Positions 12,391-23,216 of a stretch of 32,240 nt of DNA are shown here, piece by piece. Source of the DNA: Atractiella rhizophila (Eukaryota). Both the position numbers and the translations under genes were made by a program. The stretch's first letter is position 1, and each line of letters opens with the position of its first letter. The DNA lies in assembly GCA_021432655.1 (NCBI GenBank), contig MU271431.1:1-32240 (forward strand). Direction: 5' to 3'. Under the pieces are notes generated by a model, which was not told the origin of the DNA, searched no databases, and was given only the letters and a program-made list of their open reading frames with translations.

Positions 12391-14667
12391 TTTGCTTTCG
12401 TTCGTGACAAAAACAACGCGATTCTTAAGGCCAAAAACTTCCAAGGGGCCGGAAAACGCCCTTTAAAACTCTGCTACTCCTTGCCATCTTAGCAGAGAAC
12501 AGGATTAGATTCTGACCCCGCAGAAGTGAGCGCTGGTGTTTGGTACTTCCGGCCTGCCATGTGGGGATGGGATTGAATGCGTAGCAGCAACGCGCAGGCG
12601 AGGCTGAGGTTCACGAAGCTCGTATGTAGAAAGGAGAAGGGGACCACGTTAAGTTTAGGACCCTGTTTTGTTTGAGGAGGCTGACGGGGAGGAGGGCTCA
12701 TCAAGCTGAACAAAGTTTGCTCCGCATTGATATCCCATAATTCCTCAGTAGAAGTATGCTGCGAAGTGCTTCTGCTTGGGGCAATTATGCTCAAGTTACA
12801 TTTTACGCACATCAGCTGTTTTCGCAAGCAGGATGTGATATTGCAGCGCATTATAATTCTACTCATTTCATTCCACCTCCGAGTATCGCGGACAAGAAAT
12901 CAGTACCAGTGAAGTGCTGGAGCACTAATATTATCAACTGTTACTCTGGGTAGTTCCGTGCACATCGTCGAACAAGAGGGTGGGAGAACCAAGACAGAAA
13001 TATTCGTTGGTTTGTCAGCAGCTCGATCAATGTCAATTGTAGAAGGTAGCGCGGTTCTTTGTACTCTTCCAAGCGCTTTAGAACTTCAGATAGCACCATA
13101 GCAGTACCAACGAGCGGTAAAGTAGACAGGAGATCACGGAGAAAGTTCATTTAAGAGCCCGCTCCGCTTTAGCGAAGGTCAAAGAACATCGATGATCTCC
13201 TCTCCTCTTCGCTTGTTACGTTCAAGACAGACAAAACAAATTGTCGACGTTTATTAATGGCACATAAACCGATATGGAACGATGAGTAATAAAGGACGAA
13301 TTGTAACCTCTATCCTTTCTCGGCTACAACATCTTTGCTCGGATGCGAAGTGTCGAAATTGACGGAAATGACCAATATAGTGGTCTACTGTAAATCATGA
13401 GAGAAAATCACAACGACCTTGAGATGCAGCTTTCCACCTGTCCTATCCAGGCTTCCCCGTTCCCCATCTTGGCCAACACCAAACTTTCCGTGTTCCTTTT
13501 ACTGTAAGCGACACCTTGATTGAGGTTTGAAGTTGAGAATCCACGAAATCGCAAGAAGAACATTCCATTTGGACCCAACAGGAGGCATTCAATTGTCATT
13601 CAACGTGCATCGTCCCCAGAAGAGTAACATGCTTCCAAATCGAGCAGCTGGCGGCGCTCGGCGGCGAATACATGAGGAAACTTTCGAAGGTTTGGAATAA
13701 TATTTGGGTTCGTGAAGTTGCCAAAAGGGTGTTCGGTTGAGTTTGAGTTTATCTCGCTAGCATCGATTATTCTCGCCCTCCTCACTGAGTATACTGGGTG
13801 TCGTTGTAGCCTAGGCCGGAAAGCAGGGCTACAGGATTGAACATGACAAGACCTTGTTTGCGAGAATGTTTGGCTGAGCTGGCTGTCCAGCCTTCTCGCC
13901 AAAGCTATCAAAACAACCAACTTTTCTTCTTGTTTACTTCTCAATCACTTGGAAATGGCAGGATTGGCTATTACGAGCAAGCTGAGCATGACCATGATGC
14001 TAAAGTCTCTGGAGGGCTGCCGAGCCATACCCATGAAAGGGATTTAGGGCGAGATCCGATCATTTTGAGCTGACGAAAATCACCTGCACGGACGAGAGCT
14101 TATTGGAATTAGGCCTATGCTCAGTTCGCCCACTTTCTTCCTTCTTCATCAGTCGATGTAAAGAGCAGATCAGAGCTTAAAGATCAGTGGAAATCACCTT
14201 CTCGTTTGTTTCCAATAACCCGCACACGCTTAGATCCCCAGCGGCAGACGAGATCCGCGCTGAAAATCTTTGACAGGACCGTCTCTTATAAACAGAGATC
14301 CTGTGGACTTGTTCTTTAGACATTCTCTTCTTCAACTTCTTCCTCGTCTCAAAACAAAACGAAAAATTTTATTCCCACAAGCATCCAGAATACCCCTGTG
14401 CTTTCGACACCATCCAGCATAGCAGCGATACCTTTGTTCCGCCTCATTCTCGCTTCATTCCAAAATCCAAGATCATGAATACCCCGCTCATCGCAGGCAG
14501 GAAGCGTCCTGCGCAGTCCCCTATTCCTTCACCACAGCTGCAGTTCGTTCTCTCTCTCCTTTTTCCCCCGTAGTCCGACAATTGCATGTAGGGCGGCGAG
14601 CGAATATGTAGAGACTCAAACGCGCTATGTCTCTCCACCGCCAGCTGGTTACGCATCTTCAGCTTTC

Positions 14668-16128
14668 ATGACACCTCAACGACCACGTCTCGCCCATTCT
14701 CCAGCGTCCATATTCCTCGGCCACCCGACGAGCTATCCTTCACCCCTCTCCCTCTCCCCTCAGTGCCCCTCCCCTACAGATTACCAGCTATCTTCCGATA
14801 GCTTCGTCCTGGCAGGGTCGGAAGACATCCCGCTCGATTCGCCAGCCTCAGTCCATTCCATGCTTTCCATCCCTAATTCCCAAAGGCCGTTGCCTCAGCC
14901 TGCAAAAGCGAGGAAGAAGAAAAAGAAGGCGCCAGCACCGATGGTGGACGATTCTAACGAGTTTGAGCCGCCTGAGCCTACGGCTGGAGACTTGGAATAC
15001 CATCGACGAGAGGTCGCAGAGCTTTTCTCCAGGGACCTCATATTTGGAGGCTCGCCAGCGGAGATCGACCCTACCTTCATCAAAGAGTCAGGAGCCTATA
15101 GGCGGCAACATAACAGCTGGGTAATTTTTGAGATGGGCATGATTCGCACCCTCGACCACTTCGTCAAGATTCACTACGATCGTGGACCCATTCGAAAAGG
15201 CGAACGACTCTTTAACCTCCTTCGAGCTTGTTGTCTTCAGATGATCCCTGAAGTAACTCTCAATAGGATGACGGGGGTGAATTTTATGAGCATCAAGGCT
15301 AGGTATTGGGACAGGAGGAGCAATGATGAACGGAAAATCTTTGCAGACGTCGCGAAGGAGTTCACAAAGTTGCACAAGGCAAGATATCCTGGTTTGTCTT
15401 CTCACGCGTACTTCTAACACCTCAGCCTGACTCATGTGCCTTATACAGACTACATCTACAAGCCGAAACAGATCCTCGCAAAAAAGTCACGTAAAGCTCG
15501 TTCTGCTCCTCCTCCCCGACGATACGCTGTCGACGACGATGACGACGACGACGACTATCTCTCCCCTTCGCCGGAGCCATTCGAGATCACCTCCCCGTCC
15601 ACTCGTCGTGGATTGGCATTACGAGCGCAACAGGAGCGTCTGGCGCGATCCCAGTCCTCTCGTTCTCCTCAGACGCGCTCAACCTATTCTTCTCCGGGTA
15701 CCACCCATTCCTCGATTGCGCCGACTCCTTCCCCACTATCGTATTCCATGAAGCCTGATGGGGATTTATCTCCGTCTCGCGGATACATCGTACCCTGTGG
15801 CGCCACCATCCCCACCTCTTCACCCACCACCTCTGCTCCTCTCCCTTCGAACGCATTCAACGTCTTCAATACCGAGTTCTATCAGGATGGCTTCTTTGGG
15901 GGAACAATGGATCAAGGGGCTATTCATTTTGGGATGGGAACAGTTTGTCCCACCGATATTGCGATCAGCCAGGACGCGTTTGGTCATGTCGCACTCTCAG
16001 ATGCGTTAGGAGATGGGCTTGGCGGTAGCACGGTTGAATTCTCTCCTGCGACTTGGGAGACGGTACAGGCGAGGATGAAGGAAGAGGTGGGAGAAGATTG
16101 GAACTTGAACGAACTCCTGAACGACTAG
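14668..16128 (+). CDS. Divergent single HMG-box (MATA/SOX-TCF-like) transcription factor
   Basis: Exon 1 (14668-15391) and exon 2 (15449-16128) are joined by a 57-nt GT-AG intron that rebuilds ...RYWDRRSNDERKIFADVAKEFTKLHKARYPDYIYKPK, the HMG helix 3/YPDYxYxP end. RRQHNSWVIF corresponds to the RPxNAFxxF start. A KKKKK basic patch and a Ser/Pro-rich, acidic C-terminus are present. Confidence 0.8.
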
Positions 16129-16549
16129 ACATCCTTAATGACTCTGACTCTGTTTCAATTTGTGGTCTAATTGTTCCCTTTCTGTACACCTGTCTATATT
16201 GGTCATCCATGATATCAGTATACCTGTTTTGTAGCAGTTACCTTCTTCTCACCTTCCCCCTCTCTATTCACGACCAGAATCAGCTATCGTATCCAGCTCA
16301 ATTTCAAGATCAATATTCCAAGCTTTAGATTGTTCTTTGTCTAATTTGACTCTACCCCAAGAGAATACCCTGTAGCCCTTCCGTCTCCATTTCCTTTCAC
16401 TTCCTTTCCTTTGTGTTTGATGCACCATTGGTATGAGAATCCAAATACGAACTCTCAAGGAGAGAAGATAAATGCAATCAATGATCACCTTCTACTTCGG
16501 AATCTAACCTAGTCGAGTTGTTCTTCTGCCTGAACTTAGGAACTTGGTC

Positions 16550-18957
16550 TCAGTAGCTTTTCGGAAGCCCTAGGATCCTCTGTCCAATGTAATTCAACAC
16601 CATCTCCCGCGATACAGGGGCCAAACGGGGAACGTAGGACTCTCTCAGGTACCTATAACTCTCTCTTCAGCTAGGATAGTTGTGGGGTTCGAAGGAATGA
16701 AGACGCACCGTTCGACGTGACTGAAGGGAAAGGAAGAGTGAGAATCAGCCTGTTAGAAGGAGCAAGGAGACGCGTACAACTCCGTGGAGTATCCCATCCC
16801 TCCGTGAGTGAGTACTAGCAAAGGAGTACAGCGTCACTCAGTTGCAGTTGAAGCAAGAATGTGGGACACGTACTGGCTTGGTCACAAGCTTTATGAGCCG
16901 CCTCACTGTACGATACTCGATGAACTTCCGGAGGCAGGAGAAGAGACGAACGAACGCAGCGAGATATTTGGCAGCATTACACAATCCGCCGACCTCCTCT
17001 CTCTCCATCGCACCGCCTTCTCCACGACCAAAAACTCGATCAAATCCTATAATAACAGTATCCTCTCAGTCACGATGGCAAGGTAGAGAAGTTTGGAGCG
17101 TACCTTGAGCAGCTTGTAAAAGGAGCATCTTTGCTCCTTCCAGCTCGCACCAGTTCTGCGCGAGCGGATGCTGCAGGCCTTGGTTCATCCCAATTGGCCG
17201 ACCGAAGACGTGTCGGGTGTTGGCGTACTCCACGCTTTGTCGACGCTCGTCAGTAGGAGGGCAGTATGGGAGCGTAAGTAGACGTGCTTACGCACGACGA
17301 AGTGCGGCATAACCTGCATCCACAATCATTAGAAAGGACAACAAGAGTGGATAAAACTTCTCGACCTAATCCCAATGCTTCTCCAGCCAACAGACACCTC
17401 TCCGCATTCATCCCATACAGGATAGTCTTAAACCCCTCGCCTTCGACACCGACCAAATCTTCCTTAGGCACTTCCCATCCGGACATGAAGACTTGGTTCG
17501 CGTCTATCGCTTTGCCTCCCATCTTCGATAAAGGGGTGACCGTCACCGCTCCGCTGCGTCTCCCTGCTCCTTGTCTATCAGCACTCAGAGCTTAGCTTTG
17601 AACCAATTGCTCAAAACTGGGAAGAGAAACGCACCTTCTAAGAGGTCTGCACAGAAGAGAGAGAGTCCTTTGGAGCTTGAACCTGATGTAGTTGAAATTG
17701 GAGAGGTTCGTGCTAGCAGTATCATCCGTGATGCATGTTGAGCGTGCGTGATCCAGCTTCACTTCAGGGATTAGGACACAGTTTATACAGTGGTGTAGTA
17801 AGAGAAACCTACACTTTTTGTCCATTCACTACATACTTCGTCCCATCTTCCACCTTCACGGCTTGCGTCCTCAAATTCAAAGTGTCCAATCCTGAATCCG
17901 GCTCTGTTACTCCGAAGCAGACCTTGGTGGTCCCATCGATGATACCAGGAAGGTATCTGTCCATTCAAAGTACAGCTTGATCAACTCACAAATATCGTCA
18001 CGGACAAACGGGGGAAATGGAGGTGGAGGGAAATGGGAAAGAGAATATAGGGCTACCTGCTCTTTTGCTCCTCCGTCCCAAACTTCCACAAAGGCACCGT
18101 CGCGTAAATGCTCGCATGGAGTGTTTGAGCTCCAGCAATTCCAGCACCGGACTCTGCGATGGCGAGGAGCATGATTGCGGCTTCAGCGATGCCGAGGTTC
18201 GAGCCTCCGAGTTCCTCTGGCCTGCACGCACAAACTATCATCAGCGGTGGATCCCGAAAGCAAATCTACAGAAGGAGGAACGAGGTGAACGCACATGCAT
18301 ATGCCTAAGAAGCCAGCGTCGGCCATAGCTCGATGGAGCTCCGGGGCATATTCTGCCTTGCTGCGGCAGCAACGAATACCAAGTTTGAGCTCCAGCAATT
18401 CCAGCACCGGACTCTGCGATGGCGAGGAGCATAATTGCGGCTTCAGCAATGCCGAGGTTCGAGCCTCCGAGTTCCTCTGGCCTGCACGCACAAACTATCA
18501 TCAGCGGTGGATCCCAAAAGCAAATCGACAGAAGGAGGAAGGGGGTGAACTCACATGCATATGCCTAAGAAGCCAGCGTCGGCCATAGCTCGATGGAGCT
18601 CCGGGGCATATTCTGCCTTGCTGCGGCAGCAACGAATGCCAGAATCACCAGTCGTCAGATGGGTACAGCACATGAGGAGCAAGAATAAAGTACGAACCGA
18701 TCCTTGTCCATCCAAAACTCGTCTGGAAACCGCTTACAAACAGCTGCGACTCCTTCGCGCACCTCGATCTGCGAAGGACTCAAGCCGACATTCGACATGC
18801 CTGTGAATGTGACCTTAGATGTGGCGCGGGAGGTGGAGGAGGTGGAAGCGCGTCGTTTCGTTCCTTCATACTCGCGACTCGCGCCATGGGTGTGACAGTC
18901 ACGGTAACGGAAGGCTGGCACTATGGGAAGCAGCGCTCGAGGGACTGTAGGTCGCAT
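16550..18957 (-). CDS. Acyl-CoA dehydrogenase family protein, probably mitochondrial; carries an internal tandem duplication
   Basis: Motifs include VCKRFPDEFW, MPEELGGSNLGI, FGVTEPDSGLDT, KMGGKAIDANQVF, GMNAERCLLAGEALGLG, THGGMGY and PRLAPVSREMVLNYIGQRILGLPKSY*. The Arg/Ser/Thr-rich N-terminus resembles a presequence. Confidence 0.92.
18123..18641. repeat. Direct tandem duplication, 260-bp period, inside the acyl-CoA dehydrogenase gene
   Basis: 18123-18381 matches 18383-18641 with about 8 substitutions by manual alignment. Confidence 0.95.
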
Positions 18958-20552
18958 CGAGTTACAAGTACTGGTCAGGGGGAAATTGTCTCGCTAGTGC
19001 GCTTAGAATATAAGGATGTTCCTCGCCACAGTTATGCGTTATACTACTCAGGTCCTCACTTCTCCAAAGAAAGTAGTTGCTAACGTCACGTCACGGACCC
19101 CAACCCTAACTACTAGCCAACTATCTCAAGATGTCAACACAATATCCCACTTCTTCGCCCAACGAAGCAGGCATAGGCTGTCCAACCTGCCGCCTACTGG
19201 GGGCCGGACTCTTTGCGGTCGTCTCCTCGCTCGCTCTGTACGAGTCCTTTCGAAAGGGTCGGGGAAGGGGGGAGCGGGTCTTCTATCGCGTCGTCGCGGG
19301 AGGAGGGGCGGCTGCTTCTGCTGCGCGGTGGAGGGCTGGATAGCATACATGGTATGCGTGTGTTGTGGTGGATGAAGACGCTGATTGTTGTTGTTGGATT
19401 GCAGATTGAAGTCGGCGAAGGATAATGTGCTTTGACAGGGTTTAGTTCTGTCAAGGGGAATGCCGCTTTTACGATGTAGATGCAGAAATATCATAGCTCC
19501 TGGTAACTCCTCATTATATCAACATAGGAAGATTGTTGCCTTGCTTACAGGTTGAAAATGAAAGTCCTGACCTTTTTACAGAAAGATTAAGGTATACACT
19601 CAAAGGATTGACAGCAGCGTTATGTGAAACTGGAACCTCCATCGAGCGTAATAACATAAACCAGAACAGCTGAACAGCTATTGGTAGGGACTGCACGAAC
19701 GCACCTCCATCGACAGTGCGACTGGTACAACAATTGGACAAATAACACAAGCGAACGCAATCAACAGGTTTTCCGAGTCTTTGGTAAATAATAACAGGTC
19801 TTCGACCACCGTCGTTACTTTCCACCACCAACCAACCATCTTTGCTGAAGAGGAATGCTGATTATACGTCGAAAAATCTGAAGATCCCACGTGGCGTCTA
19901 GCCCAGGAATTCGCCGACGTTTCAATGCCTTCCGCATCGCGTCTGGCGGTGTTTTGCCAACGTCTCCCATGTTATGACAGTGAGTCTCCTGTTCTGCAGT
20001 CACTCTCGTAGGCGCCCCTGATCATCGCGAAAAGAGTCCAATACTAAGGTACCCTCGACCTCGACCTGGATCGCTTGTTACAGACTACTTCCGTGTTCTT
20101 TGTCTGTGTTTTGCAGTCTCTTGCTATCTCAGCTCATCAGTGAGACAGAGTGCATTTGTAGAGAAGATTGAGCAACGAACGATTCACGATTTCGACATCT
20201 TTGCATGCATACAGAATTAATATACGAACATTGACAACTTCAATTCATGAGAAGACCGACTGGAATCTGGAATACACTCTTGACGGTGTGTGTCCTGCCT
20301 CAGATTGCTTTGTCCCTTTGTCCACCTGCCCTATCTTTATTGCTTTCCCGCAGGCTCTATTGAGACCTCCATAAATCAGTGGCGTGAATAAGATAAATAC
20401 CATCTCTGCTTCTGAGGCACAGGTCCCAGTTTACAGAGCCGTCAGTCTGTTCGAATATGCGTTCACATGTCCCCTTGCTCCCTTCCGAGTCTGTCTCACT
20501 GGCTTCGAGTCCCGAATATCTCTGTCTGACTATTTGCTGTCCCAGATTCGAA

Positions 20553-22491
20553 ATGAGTCCCATTGCACCACCTTCCCGCCCTCCGCCCCTACCTCTACCA
20601 CTACTGACGACGAGCCCTCCGACCCCTGGATTTCGAACAGACACCATCCCCCCTCCTCGAGCTGTGGCCAAGAGACAGCGCTCACTAAGCGATCCAAACT
20701 CCGCCAGGCTTTCACGTTCCTTGGTCGGTCCATCTTCTCCCTCTCTCCATCCTCTCTCTGCCTACCTGTCTCTATGCGTATTCACACCAGCATCCAACTA
20801 TCTGACTGGCTTCTATGATTTGCAGACCATCCAGACATCACCCCTGCCCCCCACACCACAATCACCCTCCACTCCAGCTGGAACCCCTGCCAGCCTCCCA
20901 AGCATCTCAACAAGCCCTGTGAAGAGGCACGCTACAATCCGGAGGCAACATACGACAGCTATGAACCCTAGTCAAGACAAAGGTGTTGTGCAGGCTTTGC
21001 AGGAGTATGGACTGTCATTGCACGATTTAATGGGGAGCAGTCTGAGTGCGCTGCCCATCCCTTTCTTCCTCCTTCTTTTCAATCTGCTTCTCCTCCTGTT
21101 CAGCATGATTGTGACTGCACACAATTACCTATACGATTTGCTTACAATGTTCTGTGATACAGCTCCCCTCGGTGTGACTCCCGCGCCGGATCCCGTACAT
21201 GACAAAGAGCGCTTCCTTGGGGTCTTTGCAGATGGACGTAAGTTTCACCCCTCCGGTCCCTGGTCCCTCTTTCGCTCTGTATGCAAGGATGTCTGATAGA
21301 TTGAATGCGTACGCTTAGCTCGAATATGGAGCATCAAGCGACAAGACTTTGGTTCGTCCAAGGTAGACCTCAAGTTCTACTCTGCCAAAGAAGTGTGGGA
21401 TAATTTCTTCTTCCCCGTAAGCTCTTCCTATCCTATTTTTACTCTCCTTCGTTCTTCTTTATTTTGTCCTGCTTCCGCTGCTCTTAACAGCTCTCGCCTT
21501 CAAACAGTTTGTCTCCTTCGAGTGGCACATCTCCCGCATCTCCGCCATTCGACGTCCGGTCTCGCGCGCCAACTCCATCCATGGCGGAGGTGGAAGGCCG
21601 TCAAGTGATAGTGTTATCAAGGAGGGAGAGGCTCAGACTGAAGAGCCTGAGAGCTACGTACAGCGTACACCGACATTTGGCTCTGGCCGACGCGGAAGGG
21701 GACGTGGACGTGGAACTACGGGTGGGGGACATATGAGGAATGGGTCGGGAGCGACCCTTGGTGCTGACCTTGCTCTGTTTCATGAACAACGTGAAGAGAC
21801 AGAATTAAAGGTTTATAGCTCTTTTACCGCTTGGGCTAATCCTTTGGACCCTGATGGAAGTAAGTCACACGTCACGCCTTTACTTGCTTTGGTTCATCAA
21901 AGTTAATAGATCCGCTGGTCGCTAGAGGATCGATTGAAGACACTATTGTTGTGAATACCGTGTCTCCCCGTCCAGTCATAAAACATCGACAGTTTGTGAT
22001 TGATCGAATAATGAAGCCCGAATACCTTGCCCAAGCTGATCGAGAAAGTGATGGCGAGATGGACATCCTGTTCGTCCTTTTTCTTTCTTCACTCTATCAT
22101 ATTTAGCACTCCCCTGATAGATTGTCGGGTTCGAAGGAGCGAGCTAAAGGGGGAGCAGAATGTATATAAGTATTTCAGGACTTACCTGAAATCTTCCCTC
22201 TACGCTCTCATCCTGAGAAAACTCAAGAAATTGGTAAATCCCCTCGTCGCAATCGCTGCCGTCGCCGCCTCGGTTCAGAACCTAGGGATCGAAGGGAACG
22301 CAGGTCTAGGCAAGCATTCTTACCCTCTGTCGAGGAAGAATTGCTGATGTTAACATTCATTAAGCGCTTGCGAGTATTGGAATTTTTAGTGCTTCCCTCG
22401 GTCTCATAGTGCTCATACTCGACTTGTTGGTCGATCTCGTGGATTGGAACGTCCGACGGAGACAGTTAAGAGTCCTCAAAGCGAAAATTAA
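20553..22491 (+). CDS. Multi-exon hypothetical protein with Pro/Ser/Thr-rich N-terminus
   Basis: ATG 20553 (MSPIAPPSRPPPLPLP...) is followed by a chain of plus-strand coding-like blocks separated by pyrimidine-rich GT-AG introns. No family was recognised and the 3' end is approximate. Confidence 0.55.
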
Positions 22492-23216
22492 AAAGCCAAA
22501 AGCATGATCCTCTCTTTATCTTTCAGTTCACTTTTGGGCAACTTTCTCGGTTCGGTGGTTGTCAGTCAATAGCGTACTCACTGAGCATTGCTCAGTCGAT
22601 ATTTTCAAGGACTCCGACGGACAGCTTATGTCACATACGTCTTTTATATATAGGTCAATGAATCAAATTATGCGTGGTATTAGGCTCTTCTAAACCATAA
22701 TACTAGCTTTGCGCTGCGGTTGTGATGCCCAGAAGTTCTGTCGGAACGTACCTGATCGCTCAATGTGCTGCAGCGCCCTGTCGTGCTCTTCGTCTTCTCC
22801 AAGATGAGACATGGCTGATGGGAAGGAAAACAAAGTGTACAACCATGTCATGAGAAGGAGTTGCGCATCAATTCTGTACTAGTAGAAGCTAATGATTGAA
22901 TTTGTCATGGAATTTGAACCGATTTCAAGTTACCGACATGAAAGGCCTTATTTATGCCGTTCTTCTATTCACAAACTACTCCACGTTTGTGAACAAACGT
23001 GACGGGTAGGATCCTTCATCTACGCTGCGTAGTGGATGTTGGAAGCTCCGCTCTATCGATTTCATTCTGTCCTCCAGGTTCTTTCTTGGGTGGACGAGAG
23101 TTCTAGAAGGAGTTTTGCTATGCGAACGCCGCGAGAGATAGATAGGAACTTCCAATTGAAATCTCTGATTAGGTGGGCGTTGTTGATAATAACCAACAGT
23201 ATCGTCGAGACGTACT

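Noticed and set aside
12489..14073. Short ORFs between the sugar porter and the HMG gene (e.g. 12941-13150, 13408-13599, 13600-13944)
   Set aside because: No recognisable motif and no coherent spliced model. A degenerate gene cannot be excluded without a homology search.
12400..16128. Possible mating-type locus around the HMG gene
   Set aside because: No homeodomain pair, STE3-like receptor or convincing short CaaX-ending pheromone ORF was seen by eye.
19016..20374. Overlapping ORFs upstream of the acyl-CoA dehydrogenase
   Set aside because: Low-complexity GC-rich sequence opens several frames on both strands, with no consistent exon chain or family signal.
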